DNA of 64,000 nucleotides from Eledone cirrhosa (GCA_964016885.1 OZ024753.1:7688001-7752000), one strand, 5' to 3'. Positions 28,718 to 42,714 are shown, numbered from the stretch's first letter. Notes: generated by a model from the sequence alone, not told the origin. Numbers and translations are program-made.

Positions 28718-29267
28718 TTGTAGCTTGCCTGAAGCATTGTTTAATAGGAAACACAAATTTCAATTTTGAAGAACAACATCGTTTTGGTATCGATGAATAA
28801 AGTACCAATCCATTACTGTGACTTTATTCTCTCTCTCCTTTTTGTCTTTTTCGGGGAAATTGTTTCGGGGAAATCAGGAGAGGATTGGGTGTCACAAGGT
28901 TTTAAATGTTCAAGACACGCCGTGTGACAAAGCTGCACGAACGATTGCAATAGCAGATATTATGAGAAATTAAAACAAAGTTATACAGAGTTTCAATAAA
29001 TTCGTTTAAGAATTTAATAAATAGCACTTGTTTTCTTTTGCCTTTTTGTTTTCTTTTTTTTTTTCAATAAAATGAAATATCTGCATTAAACGATCGATGA
29101 AAATAAAATCATTTATCACCAATACTTTCTTGGGTAGCCGAAATTTTACAAAACAGATTCATATTTACGAAGCATTGAATATTTATGTTCATATGGCCCC
29201 AACGTCTGGAAATACTGCCATCGTTCTTTTCAAGAAAAGAAAGAAAGACGCGAGTGGTTGATAAATA

Positions 29268-29352
29268 CTACCGTGTATATACTCGAATATAAGCCGAGGA
29301 ATATGTAACCAAAAAATCCATGGTAAAATGGAGAAGTAGCTTATATTCGCCA
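29268..29352 (+). mobile_element. pogo/Tigger-like terminal fragment
   Basis: TACCGTGTATATACTCGAATATAAGCCGA ... GCTTATATTCG. Confidence 0.55.
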
Positions 29353-30106
29353 TCTAAACATAATGTGTTGATCAGCTGCCTCGGTTTATAAACGGCGTTT
29401 TGATTTTTGCCCATTTCTCAGACATAGAATAGAAATGAGGGAGGTCACAGAGCCACCTTGCAAGGAACTTCTATACAGTCTGAGGTAGCAAGGGAAGCCC
29501 CACGCAAGGCCTACCAGAGAGGGTTCAAAGAGCTTGGGTATAGTTCGAGCTAGTAAGGGAAGCTCCATGCAGAGTCTATAAATTCAGGGTTTAGGGAGCC
29601 AGCTAACAGAGAAGCATTTAGGCAATCACAACTAGTAAGGGAGACTCCCTATAGGACCTATAAGTGAGGGAGAGATCAAGGGGCTGGCTAGCAAGGGAGC
29701 CCGATGCAAAACATATAAGAAGAAACAGGGTCATCGGTGTGGGTCCCGGGGAGCCAAGGAGGAGCAAAAATATCGGTACTTTCTTTTATTTTGATAGCAT
29801 AGGGGAGGGTGGGGAGAGCAGTCTTGTTCCCTCTTGCAAAGAGGTTTTGCTTCTCTGCAGTCTGAGGAGCTAATGAGTGCGTCCCTAAGAATTGTCTGAC
29901 TTGCTATAGCAGCAAATTCCCTTCAAATCACAGCCTAAATCCATCGAAAATCAATAAAGTTATTGAACAATCTTCTTCTAGATTTACAAACAGGCAGGAT
30001 GGCCAAGACTGGAATGCCTTTGATCAAAAGTCTGCTTAATCTGGGTTGACCTAGGTATAAACAATGGCAGCAATCTACTTGCATACTTTTACTATACATA
30101 TACATT

Positions 30107-30138
<32 letters not shown>

Positions 30139-30674
30139 TCACCAACAATAACAACAACAACATCTACTACGACGCCTGTTGTTGCTCTTATTTCTCGGTG
30201 TAGTACTACTGCTTACAACTACTATAATAATATACAATAACAATATACAATTTATTGATACCACAACCACTACTACCACCACCACTTCATGTAATAACAG
30301 TACTACGGAGATGTATCGGTTATCTCATTCATGACTATATATCGGATATATTGATTTCCACGCCCACCAGATATTGGCTATATCGATCTGGTAAAGCAAA
30401 GCTAGAACATATAAACCTAAGGTTTTTCTTTAACAAATCTATTACTCAATATTATTACTGCTGTGTTCTTCACTAACGAGATTAGCCATGCTCCTTATCG
30501 ATAATATTTCAGTAAAGCGGTTTGACGTATTTTTTTACCTGTTACAGCTTGGATGCAGTTTGGTTGGGGGTTAAGAAGTCAACCTGGCAATAATAAACTA
30601 TTCATTTCGATCATGCTGTGTAGCATGTTGAGCTAATGACACGTACCATAGCTTCAGGTTGGCTCAACCCTTTT

Positions 30675-31430
30675 GGGAGAAACTGTTTAGAAGATCAACT
30701 CAACTATTGTGACTGAAACTGTTTAGTAAGCAAAAGCTCAACTCAACATTTATGAATGAAACTGAGTAGGAAAAACTGTTAAGAAGCTTGTCAACCCAAC
30801 ATATTTGAATGAAGCTGTATAGGAAAGAAATGTTTAGAAGCTAAGCAACTCAACATCTATGAGTGAAACTGAGTAGGAAAAACTGTTAAGAAGCTTGTCA
30901 ACCCAACATATTTGAATGAAGCTGTATAGGAAAGAAATGTTTAGAAGCTAAGCAACTCAACATCTATGAGTGAAACTGAGTAGGAAAAACTGTTAAGAAG
31001 CTTGTCAAAACACTTGAATGAAACTGTGTAGTAAAAAACTGTTTAGAAGCTAGTCGATTCGACATTTGTGGGTGGAACTGAATGGGAAAAACTGTTTAGA
31101 AGCTTGTCAACCCAACATATTTGAATGAAGCTGTGTAGGAAAGAAATGTTTAGAAGCTAAGCAACTCAACATCTATGAGTGAAACTGAGTAGGAAAAACT
31201 GTTAAGAAGCTTGTCAACCCAACATATTTGAATGAAGCTGTATAGGAAAGAAATGTTTAGAAGCTAGTCGATTCGACATTTGTGGGTGGAACTGAATGGG
31301 AAAAACTGCTTAGAAGCTTGCCTGCTCAACACATGTGAGTGAAATTGAGCAGGAAAAACTGTTTAGAAGCTCAACAACTCAACACTTGGAAGTAAAACTG
31401 AGTAGGAAAAATTGTTTAGAAACTCATCTG
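30675..31430. repeat. 53/54-bp minisatellite organised as a 107-bp dimer
   Basis: ACTGAGTAGGAAAAACTGTTAAGAAGCTTGTCAA recurs at 30761, 30868 and 30975. Confidence 0.9.
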
Positions 31431-31762
31431 ATGAACTGTATCTGTAATTTAAATAGCTAGGCATGTCACACGCTGTGCTAAACTGAATATCCCCGAGTTT
31501 CGCGTTAAAGGTTGTTACATGAAAAACAGAACATTGTTCACTGGATATGCTGTTTAAAATACGCTCATGTTTTACTTCTGATGCGATTCTAGAAAATACA
31601 TTAAATTCCCGTTTGACTTGAGTTCCTATCGCCTGAGGCTGGTTGCATAATTCTTATATTTCCCTCCTCAGTTTGAGAAATAAGATATATTATATAAACA
31701 AGCAGTCACAACAAAGTCATTAAAATGTAGTTAGCTTTAAAATTAAATTTTTTCGTCTTTTT

Positions 31763-31934
31763 AGTACTTCCCGGCGCCGAAGACGCTTCGTCCTCGAGGA
31801 CGCACCCTAATTTTGACAACCAAAATTTTGAAAAAAAAATAATAAACAACCTTCGGCCTCCGGGACGCATGGTAGAATTTTCAGACTTATTTTAGGGGGA
31901 AAAAGTAGCGTCTTCGAAGCCGGGAAATACGGTA
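31763..31934. mobile_element. pogo/Tigger-like MITE
   Basis: TIRs GTACTTCCCGGCGCCGAAGACGC / GCGTCTTCGAAGCCGGGAAATACGG then TA. Confidence 0.7.
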
Positions 31935-31987
31935 ATTACATCTTTACAAAATAATGCAAATTTTAAGTATATATAATTATAGTTTCT

Positions 31988-32202
31988 TTAACCCTTTAGC
32001 AATTAAACCAGCCATATCCGGCCAGAATTCTCTCATCTCTTTCTTTTCAAATCGGCTATAACTGGCCACTCATACTGAGGTTAAAGTATTGTTCTCAAAA
32101 CAAATAATATCAAAATCTCATAGATTTGGTTTATGTGAGATAATTATGAGAGGCAAAGCATTTGTAAATGCTAAAGGGTTAATGTAAATGCTAAAGGGTT
32201 AA
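31988..32202. mobile_element. piggyBac-type MITE with duplicated right TIR
   Basis: TTAA-CCCTTTAGCA ... TAAATGCTAAAGGG-TTAA, the right end present twice. Confidence 0.85.
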
Positions 32203-33007
32203 TGCAGCCTTATTATATTACAAGTCACGATGTGACATTTCAAGTCGAAAAGGGGCCCCACATCTGGTATTTACATATCAATCACTGGTTATAGTTAAAC
32301 AAGATGAAGTAGAGTAAAGCTCCAGTCCTTAATAAGAGCCTCTCAACTATTTAATACTTCAAATGCATAACAAACACACGCTGACCACAGATAAATGTTC
32401 AAATCAGATATTTTAAAATATGTTTGACCAAATATTAAATTATATATTATTTTTATGCAATTTTATCCTAGAAATATATTTGAGTATTTTGACATAAAAT
32501 TTGATTACAACACTGAAAAAGAAAATAAATAGATAAATAAATAAATACTTGACTGTCCGACACCATTTAGGGAGTTTTTTTTTGTTTTTTTTGCACATGA
32601 GATGGAAATGGACAAATTTCAACACAAATAGAATATGTTTAGCTTTTTGGTAATACAATTTCCAAATCAGCTCTGATCTGGGATTAAATTTTGTTAAATT
32701 TTAAAAAGGAGGAAATCTAATTCAGACCGTTATATATATATTAGTGTATAAGAAAAAGAGACAAGATAGTGTACGACTTACCTTTAAAAAGATGTCAGGT
32801 AAGGCTACAATTAGATCGCCTTTGATGATACATCATCTTAATTAAGGTTGGCCACAAGTTAAACATATTAGTTCTATTACATTGGAAAGTGGCATATTTT
32901 TGCACCTGTGCAAAAAAAAAAAAACAGAAAGAAAAATTAATTAGACCAACAAATAATTCAGAAAATTAAAAAGAATATATATTTTCTACCCAAATTTAAT
33001 CATAGAT

Positions 33008-33206
33008 GGAAGAGCGGCCCTCACAATCTGGCATAATGGGGATATTTAAAGGATGGGGTCTTTGCGTGGCTGCAGTATCGAACCACAGACTATGCAGCAC
33101 CTCCTGGTATGCCCCCAGCTGCAACACCCCTTGTACAGCATTGGACTTGGCAGAGTTTAATGAGAAAGGACAACAATGTGTGAAGCTGTGGCGGAACCAC
33201 ATCTAG
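33008..33206 (+). pseudogene. Tc1/mariner-superfamily transposase C-terminal fossil
   Basis: frameshifted WGYLKDGVF and EFNEKGQQCVKLWRNHI resemble the WGYLK..VY and F..R...C....G.H.E motifs. Confidence 0.5.
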
Positions 33207-34321
33207 CCAAGTTTTGTAGCTGACATTCTTGTGAACACGATAAGAAAAAACACTCACAACCCCTTTTTGGTTTGTTTTTCAGGATCTTTAAGACAAGTAA
33301 AGGGGCGGAAATAAGTTATTCTCAAACAGAAGACCTGGCTGGGTGCTTGCAATAGAGTTAACTCTACTTAAAACACCCAAAGGCCATGTGGTGGCGTTAA
33401 ACCAGGCAATAGACAGGACCAGTGCCTGGGTATTTATAATCCTAGGCTAAGCTTTCAATAGATGCTCCTTCTGCCAATGATTGCCTCTCTCCCCATTTTC
33501 CAAAATAAAATAATTTTAACTTCCCGGGAGCATGGTATAGCAAGCCACATCGGATAATGGAATAGTTCCTTTATTTTCCTCGAAAGAAGATATATTAATC
33601 TCGAAATATGAGGACATGTGAATAAATTAAGGTAAAAAAAACAACCCCTGTTTCTGACAATTTAGTTATTTTCCCTCCAAACCCGTATTGTTGTGGCTTT
33701 CAAACTTCGAATTCTTTCAACTTATAGTTTGACAAACTGATCACGCCAGTTTTCCACAATTTTTTCTCTGTCTACACTAGGGAAATTACTACGCCGACAT
33801 TTTCTACTATGCAGTCCACAATTATTCACACCAAATTATGACCAAAGGGTCATAACATCATACGACCCTCTCACCCGCTTTCGATATTTCCACAAGCCTG
33901 TTACATTGTAAAGATGTTTGGAGAATTTTCTCATATACATAATTAAATCATACAAATTTGCATAAAAATGTGATCCTTTAAAGAACAGCAATACCCCTCT
34001 CAGAGGTCCTCCACCCCCCTCACCTACATGGCTGCCTAGTTGGCATGGCAACAGATTAATATTATCGGCGAAAAAAATCTATGACAGAAAAATATATTCA
34101 TTCGTATTTTTGTATGTTTGTGAGTGTATTTGTGTTTTTCTTTTTTGTCCATTTACGACTCCATTATTCAATTTATTATTATTATTTTTTTTTTTTTTGA
34201 GGGGGGTTTGGCTGCTATTTCTGTGAGTCACGTCGAACTATCACGCAAAGGGAGTCTCTTCCATTTAATCCATTGCAACTTCAAATTTACTTGTCACTTC
34301 CATTTCTACAAATCTGGTTTT

Positions 34322-34364
34322 TGTATATATATATATTTATATATATATATACATATTCATATAC

Positions 34365-34423
<59 letters not shown>

Positions 34424-34516
34424 CATATATATACATATATATATATATATGTATATATATATGTATATATACATATATATATATACATATATATACATAT
34501 ATATACATATATATAC

Positions 34517-34561
<45 letters not shown>

Positions 34562-34687
34562 CATATATATACATATATATATATATATGTATATATATAT
34601 ATGTATATATACATATATATATATACATACATATATATATACATATATATATGTATATATATATATATATATATACATATATATATG

Positions 34688-34740
<53 letters not shown>

Positions 34741-34854
34741 GTATATATATATAGAGTGAGAGAGAAAGAGATTATGTATGTATGTGTGTGTATATATTTA
34801 TATATGTATGTATATGTGTATGTTTATATATATATATATATATATATGTATGTT

Positions 34855-34888
<34 letters not shown>

Positions 34889-34897
34889 CATATACAT

Positions 34898-34933
<36 letters not shown>

Positions 34934-34954
34934 TACATATATATACATACACAT

Positions 34955-34994
<40 letters not shown>

Positions 34995-35025
34995 CATACA
35001 TACATATATATTTATATATACATTA

Positions 35026-35097
<72 letters not shown>
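34322..35097. repeat. (TA)n/(TACA)n microsatellite
   Basis: direct reading. Confidence 0.95.
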
Positions 35098-35099
<2 letters not shown>

Positions 35100-35384
35100 T
35101 GTTTTTCACTTTATTTATTTATTTATTGAATTGAAGCCAATTCTGTAATGCGATGAAATATGGTCTGTCTTTGAAAATCTGACACAAGTTCTATCAATGT
35201 ATTTCTGTTAATTTCGAATTGAATTTATCATCGACAAAAATGTCACTCAATCTAAAAACACCGTGGTCAATTTACTGAATCAATAACATCTCACTAACTT
35301 GCAGCTATCGGTAATGTAAACTACTTCAGTGTTAGTGGGGGGTGGGGGGGGGGGGGGTGACCGTGTGTCTCTAGGGCTGACAGC

Positions 35385-35972
35385 AGGGTTCTGTGTAGGG
35401 CGGTGCGGTTCTGTGTAGGGCGGCAGGTCTTTGTGTAGGGCGGTTGAGTTCTGTTTAGGGAGGTGGGGTTCTGTGTAGGGCGGTGCGGTTCTGTGTAGAG
35501 CGGTAGGTCTTTGTGTAGAGCGGTTGAGTTCTGTTTAGGGAGGTGGGGTTTTGTGTAGGGCGGCAGGTCTTTGTGTAGGGCGGTTGAGTTCTGTTTAGGG
35601 AGGTGGGGTTTTGTGTAGGGCGGCAGGTCTTTGTGTAGGGCGGTTGAGTTCTGTTTAGGGAGGTGGGGTTCTGTGTAGGGCGGTGCGGTTCTGTGTAGGG
35701 CGGTGGGGTTCTGTGTAGGGAGGTGGGGATCTGTGTTGGGCGGTAGGGTTCAGTGTAGGGAGGTAGGGTTCTGTGTGGGGCGGTGATGTTCTGTGTAGGG
35801 AGTTAGGCTTCTGTGTGGGGCGGTGGAGTTCTGTGTAGGGAGGTAGGGCTGACAGTCTGCGAGGCTGAGGGTAGGGTTCTGTGTACGGCGGTGGAGTTCT
35901 GTGTAGGGTGCTGGAGTGCTGTGAAGGGTGGTGGGGATGACAGTCTGCGAGGCTGAGGGTAGGGTTCTGTGT
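35385..35972. repeat. 20-bp G-rich minisatellite (CTGTGTAGGGCGGTGGGGTT) with a 60-bp higher-order unit
   Basis: period 20; three variant units repeat at 35421-35660. Confidence 0.9.
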
Positions 35973-36482
35973 ATATGTGTTCCTGTGTAACTATGTGGTG
36001 TGTATGGGCTTACGTGTAGACTGTGTGTATGGGTCTATGTGTGAGAATGTGAAAATTGTGCATATGGGTGTATGTATATGTTGTGTATGTATAGATTGTG
36101 TATGTATAGGTTGTGTATGTATAGGTTGTGTGTATGTATATGTGTGTAGGGTGACGTGAGAAGTTTATTGTGTAATATAAGTTATGTATAAATGTGTATC
36201 ATTGTATGTCTGCATGGGTGCTGTGTGTGTGCTTGTGTCTGTGTGTGTAGGTTGTGTCACTGTGTGTATACGTGTGTAGGTTCGTGACTTTGTGTATGTT
36301 GCATATGTTATTGTGTTATTGTGTGTATATATATATATGTGTGTGTGTGTAGGTTGTGTGTCTATGTGTGTGTAGGTTGTGTAACTTTGTGTATGTTGCA
36401 TATGTTATTGGTGTTGATGGTGGTGATTTTTTCCTAAGACATTCTAAACATTCCTTTTATTTATTTGATATAATTTTATTTT

Positions 36483-37805
36483 CACTGTAAAGTGGTCATG
36501 TAGATGTCATGACAAAAAGCACCCAGTCCACACTGAAAAGTGGTCATGTAGGTGTCACCACAAAAAGCACCCAGTCCACACTGTAAAGTGGTTGTGTAGG
36601 TGTCACAACAAAAAGCACCCAGTCCACACTGTAAGTGTTCATGTAGGTGTCATGACAAAAAGCACCCAGTCCACACTGTAAAGTGGTCGTGTAGGTGTCA
36701 CAACAAAAAGCACCGAGTCCACACTGTAAGTGGTCATGTAGGTGTCATGACAAAAAGAACCCAGTCCACACTGTAAGTGGTTCGTGCAGGTGTCATGCAA
36801 AGTGTCACGACAAAAACCACCCAGCACACAGTGTAAATGTGGTTGGTGATAAGAATGGCATACAGCCATAGAAACCAAGCCAAAATCAGTTCTGCGTGAG
36901 CAAATCACCTCTTCCCTCCCCCACCCCCTCCCCCGACCAGATCCCTCACAAAGGGACAGCCCATCCTTCCCATGCTGATGGCCATTAATGGATGATGATC
37001 CAGGTTACACGACAAAAAAGTAACCAGTCCACACTGTAAAGTGGTCTGTGGGTGACATGACAAAAAACACCCAGTACACACTGTAAAGTGGTCATGTAGG
37101 TGTCACAACAAAAAGAAGCCAGTACACACTGTAAAGTGGTCATGTAGGTGTCACAACAAAAAGAAACCAGTCCACACTGTAAAGTGGTCATGTAGGTGTC
37201 ACAACAAAAAGAAACCAGTCCACACTGTAAAGTGGTCATGTAGGTGTCACAACAAAAAGAAACCAGTCCACACTGTAAAGTGGTCATGTAGGTGTCACAA
37301 CAAAAAGAAACCAGTCCACACTGTAAAGTGGTCATGTAGGTGTCACAACAAAAAGAAACCAGTCCACACTGTAAAGTGGTCATGTAGGTGTCACAACAAA
37401 AAGAAACCAGTCCACACTGTAAAGTGGTCATGTAGGTGTCACAACAAAAAGAAACCAGTCCACACTGTAAAGTGGTCATGTAGGTGTCACAACAAAAAGA
37501 AACCAGTCCACACTGTAAAGTGGTCATGTAGGTGTCTTGACAAAAAGCAGCCAGTCCTCACTGGAAAGTGCTCATGTAGGAGACACGGTAAAAAGGCTCC
37601 CAGTCCACACTGTAAAGTAGTCGTGTAGGAGACACTGAAAATGTGGCTGGTGTTAGGAAGGGCATCCAGCCGTAGAAAACCTGCCAGATACTATCCTATA
37701 GGAGCGAGACACGGTCACCTGATCAATCTTGCCTCAAGTGGGACAATTCCCGTCTAACCATTGTTAGAGTGGAAAATAGACGTTAAATGATGATGATGAT
37801 GATGA
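36483..37805 (+). repeat. 48-bp satellite amplified from the body of an RTE-tailed SINE (family C)
   Basis: unit CACACTGTAAAGTGGTCATGTAGGTGTCACAACAAAAAGAAACCAGTC; array runs into GGTGTTAGGAAGGGCATCCAGCCGTAGAAA..(GAT)n. Confidence 0.85.
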
Positions 37806-38272
37806 TTATTATTATTATCAGTTTTGTGCCAAAGTCAAACAAACATTTTAAATTTAAAAAATGAAACCTTCCCCTCTGCCTCTTCCCCCACAATCACCTC
37901 ACCACCACCACCACCACCACCACCACCACCACCACCACCACCACCACAAGTGATCAACATTGAGAAAATATAAACAAAATATATATTAGATTGCTACCTT
38001 GTTAGATGACATTCTAGTATAAACATTGGTATTGTAGATTCAGTTCTTCACCCACATCACTGCCACCACCACCACCACCGCCATATATATACACCTGTCA
38101 GTCCGTTACCTGGGTGTGCTACCTGTCTGGCATTTTATTAAGCACTGACATTCAAACACTCAACCATTCTTCTTCTAGAATCTCCTAGTATCTCCCAATG
38201 GATACAGGATACGACACGTAAACTGTTATGTGACCTTTGCGAGCACTAAATAACACAGGAACTATACACACC

Positions 38273-38312
<40 letters not shown>

Positions 38313-38315
<3 letters not shown>

Positions 38316-38921
38316 TGGCTGCCAACTCGTTTTCGAGTACGGCCACTACTTTATATCCATGTAGGAGAACCCCTACCGATGCGCTGAACGAGTATGACTT
38401 TTTAGTCCAGCCAGCGACTTGAAAACTCTGGTACAAACACTACACTTGTGACAATTATTGACACACAGTGCTGGGCCCATGGTACCATGTGACGACAAGT
38501 GCAGAGAGATCTCCAGATATAAAGCAATGCCTGTGCCGTGAAGCTTTTATAGTGAGCAAAGGCACTGCACAAAGCCAGTCCCACTCTCTTAACCAAGATG
38601 ATATTTACCAAAAAGAAGAACAAGTCAACATCATTGGATACCATCAGGGTTGCAGGTGTTATATCAGAGTTTTCCTTCTCCTAGAATTCTGCCTTGACAA
38701 AGGCTAAGGGGTCATCTCTCCCGGTGATTTTGGATGGCCATTGACTCTTAAGAGCTCCTTTGCCCTTTGACAGGTTTTGTTTTTAGTCCTGCAGGATGTC
38801 CAAAGTCACCCTCCTCACCAAGAAACCTTGGTGGGGTTGCCAGTTTAGTCGCCAACGACCCGACCATGGGACAGGTTGTACTGGGATACATGTTACCAGT
38901 AGCACCAACTGGTGACCTGAC
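38313..38921 (-). mobile_element. non-autonomous RTE-derived element (about 610 bp), flanked by (TA)n
   Basis: RTE-5'-like CTAGGAGAAGGAAAACTCTGATA motif, 3' end TCGAAAACGAGTTGGCAGCCACC-(AT)n; near-identical truncated copy at 59203-59660. Confidence 0.65.
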
Positions 38922-38960
<39 letters not shown>

Positions 38961-38984
38961 CATATATACATATATATACATCTT

Positions 38985-39638
38985 GAGTGCTACTGGTAAC
39001 ATGTAACCTAGTACAACCTGTCGCATGGTCGGGTCGTCGGCGACTAAACCGGCAACCCCACCAAGTTGGTGAGAAGGGTGATGTTGGACACCCTGCACGA
39101 CAGAAAAACAAAACCTGACAAAGGGTGGAAGAACTCATAAGAGTCAACGGCCATCCACAAGTGTGTAAATATGTATATACACATGTACATATGTACGTAT
39201 ATGTGTATATGTATATGTATGCATATTTGTATATGCATGTACATATGTATGTATATGCATATGTGTATATGAATGTGTGCATATGTATGTATATGCCCGG
39301 GGACATAGAAATAGTCGGGCTGGACACACGATCGCGAGGTTAAACCACTGGGAGTAAAGGACCCCTAGCTCTTGTCAGGGAATTCTTCTAGGAGAAGGCA
39401 ACTCAGGAAACTGGGATAACTCCGATATAAAACCTGCGGCTCAGTAGTTACCCATGATGTTGATCTTTTCTTTTCGGGTTATAGCTACTGTCGCTCAGAG
39501 AGTGGGATTGGCTCCGTGCACAGTCTTTCCTCGCTTTAAAAAATATCTTCACGCACAGGCATTGCACGAGAGAATTAATTAATAATTATTAATAATGGTA
39601 TATCGTGCAATGGCCATATTCGATGACGAGGGGGCAGT

Positions 39639-39643
<5 letters not shown>
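38985..39643 (+). mobile_element. sister-subfamily RTE-derived element interrupted by a microsatellite
   Basis: 5' 175 bp aligns to the element at 38313-38921; shares GACCCCTAGC..CTAGGAGAAGG and GCACAGGCATTGC; ends TCGATGACGAGGGGGCAGTCATC-(AT)n. Confidence 0.65.
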
Positions 39644-39695
<52 letters not shown>

Positions 39696-39728
39696 CATAT
39701 ATATATACATACATATATATATATATAT

Positions 39729-39877
<149 letters not shown>

Positions 39878-39917
39878 AATATGTACATATATACTTATTT
39901 ATATATATATATGTATG

Positions 39918-39994
<77 letters not shown>

Positions 39995-40027
39995 ACATAC
40001 ATACATATATATATATATATATGTATG

Positions 40028-40067
<40 letters not shown>

Positions 40068-40339
40068 TATATACATATACATACATGTATTACATATACA
40101 TATGTGTGTGTGTGTGTGTGTGGGGGGGGGTGTGTGTGTGTGTGTGTATAAGAGACGAAACATGTCTAATAGAATGGACATAGCCCCAGTCGCTTCCTCT
40201 TTCTCTCAATGACGAATTAAGTTTCTATTATTAAAGATCAAACACACCTGGCCAGAGTGCACTGTTTCGTTAATTACCGAGGAAGACGACTTCATGTTAT
40301 TAAGAATGTCAAGGTACATATATCCCGTCTTAACTACCA

Positions 40340-40510
40340 TAGTATCGGTGGGACGCAATACTTTGAAGCAGAGAGTTACGGCCCTTTATGGTCTGAGTTC
40401 AAATCCCACCGAGGTTAACTTTGCCTTTCATTCTTATAGGGTCGATAAAATAAAGTACCAGTAATGCACTGGGATAATTGTTGGTCTTGTGCCAAAAGTA
40501 GAAACAATTA
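40340..40510 (+). mobile_element. family A SINE
   Basis: family A consensus. Confidence 0.8.
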
Positions 40511-40536
40511 TTTTATATATATATATATATATATAT

Positions 40537-40736
40537 AACGAAGGAAATGTGGTAAGGAACCAGGTGGACCATAACGCACCAAAGTACTCAATACTTAGGG
40601 TAGTAGAGTGGGTAATAGGAACAAGTAAGACCCCGACAGCTGAGCTCAAGCCGTTTCGACGGCTAATTCTGTACTGAATCAGTACAGAATTAGCCGTCGA
40701 AACGGCTTGAGCTCAGCCGTCGGGGTCTTACTTGTT

Positions 40737-40740
<4 letters not shown>
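40537..40740 (-). mobile_element. fold-back element X (long and short arm)
   Basis: hairpin centre CTGTACT-GAATC-AGTACAG; both ends in (TA)n. Confidence 0.85.
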
Positions 40741-40812
<72 letters not shown>

Positions 40813-40947
40813 ATATTGGGTTAGAAACTCAAAATAGTCTCTTATGATTAAATAGCTCAAGGAAAGAGATTTTTCCGAGCCGTATATATATAATTGAATA
40901 TAAAAGAGAAATAAACACAGATATATAGACATAAGTGTTCAAATCAT

Positions 40948-41625
40948 ATCATCATCATCATCATCATCATCATCATTTTACGTCCGCTTTTCCCTGCTTG
41001 CAAGGGTGGGACGGGTCTTATTCAGCACAGCATCTCTCCACCCGTCACGGTCCTTCGTCATCTCCACCGTGAGCTTCATTCATCTGAGGTCTGTTCTCAC
41101 CACCTCCGCCCATGTTTTTCGTGGTCTACCTCTACCACGTCTTACTTCAACTGGCAATTCCTGGCACTTCTTCACCCATCGGTCATCCTCCATGCGCATC
41201 ACATGTCCATACCACCTCAGTCTCCTCTTCCGTACACTACATTCTATCCCTCTCAGACACAGTTTCTCTCTCAACACATTTATGCTGGGTCGTTCATGCA
41301 CATTTACACTGCACATCCAACGGAGCATGCTTGCCTCATTTCTCTCCAGCCGTCGAATGTCCTCTGCAGTTTCTGCCCATGTCTCACTACCATGCAGCAT
41401 CGCGCTCCTCACACAGGCATCATACAACCGGCCTTTCGTACGCAGGAAGAAACCCTTCTTCGTCAACAGAGGAAGCAGCTCCCTAAACTTCTTCCAACCC
41501 GTCCTTATTCTAGATACTATGGCCTCGGAACACCCTCCTCCCATGCTAATCTGATCTCCTAGGTACCGGAGCTATCCACCACTTCTATAGCGCCCTCCTG
41601 CATTTGAAAAGCGTGTCTATCAATG
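40948..41625 (-). mobile_element. RTE LINE, 5'-truncated, with (GAT)n tail
   Basis: KGRLYDACVRSAMLHGSETW..RRLRWYGHVMRMEDDRWVKKC..RGRGRPRKTWAEVV is the typical RTE C-terminus. Confidence 0.92.
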
Positions 41626-41676
41626 TGACTTCTACTGTCTAATTTGAAAAACGCATCTATCAATGCGACTTCTACA

Positions 41677-41714
<38 letters not shown>

Positions 41715-41964
41715 AAAATATATATATAATTTTTATCAGGTATCTATATTTACAATTTTTGTGTTCTTACATTCTATACAGATTAGCTCCTGTTAAACTT
41801 GATATCTTCTATTGTACGCATATCTCATTAAATATATATCATTCACTATTTTGTAATGATCAAATGCACAGATTTATTCCTTGCATTTTTCTTTCAGTTT
41901 ATTCTTAGGTGGCGCATGTTCGAGATTATCTCAAATGTGACATATAAAATATTTCAATGCAATG

Positions 41965-42007
<43 letters not shown>

Positions 42008-42369
42008 TGTGTGTGTAAATGTATGATTATTGAATATATATAATTCTCAATTCACCTTTCTTCTTTCTTTTTTTCCTGCCTTCCGATGACTTGGTTTCTC
42101 ACATCACACAGGTATGTTAATCTCACCTTTTTATATTTTCTCTATTTCTTTTTCTCTTCCCATTAAATGTTTGTAGCGTTTATTTCCTAAACAGTGTTAA
42201 ATTGCTATCCCTTTCTATGCTGCACATTGTAGTTAGCAATCTTATATAAGTAAATAAGACTGTTATTGCTCCAATGTATCCACATAACACTGAGCAAACA
42301 CCCTAAACTGAACGCTAACCTAAGCTTGTGACTCCTGCTGAACCAATCCATGACCCACCCTCCAAATTC

Positions 42370-42515
42370 AACAAACCAAACGTGGACTGCCCTCCTTCCC
42401 AAACTTGGAAAACCGAACGTGGGCTGCCCATCTTCCCAAACACAGCAAACCGAACGCAGGCTGCTCTCCTTCCCAAAGACAACAAACCAAACGTGGACTG
42501 CTCTCCTTCCAAAAT
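42370..42515. repeat. degenerate repeat of about 37 bp (AAACCAAACGTGGACTGCCCTCCTTCCCAAA), 4 copies
   Basis: direct reading. Confidence 0.8.
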
Positions 42516-42714
42516 CATCAAACTGATCACAGTTGGCGACAGCGACCAAATAGAGAAGGCAGACGTTATCAGGCTGTAGCTGTTATATTACATAGTTTCT
42601 ATATAATAAAGTTATATAATTGAGAATAACTACATTAATGTCCAACAATTCTATATTCATGTTGCTCCAGCCCTCTCACCAATAACTGAGTCCCACCAGC
42701 AGCAACTGGAGAAC

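Noticed and set aside
33262-33430. Host exon after the acceptor-like TTTTTGGTTTGTTTTTCAG
   Set aside because: No recognisable protein or supporting donor site; cannot be supported without transcript data.
38780-38920. Canonical twister ribozyme (GTCCCA..GAGGAGGG on the minus strand)
   Set aside because: It lacks the UAA cleavage loop after P1, and GGGTG pairs locally with CATCC/CACCC; kept only as an unclassified structured leader.
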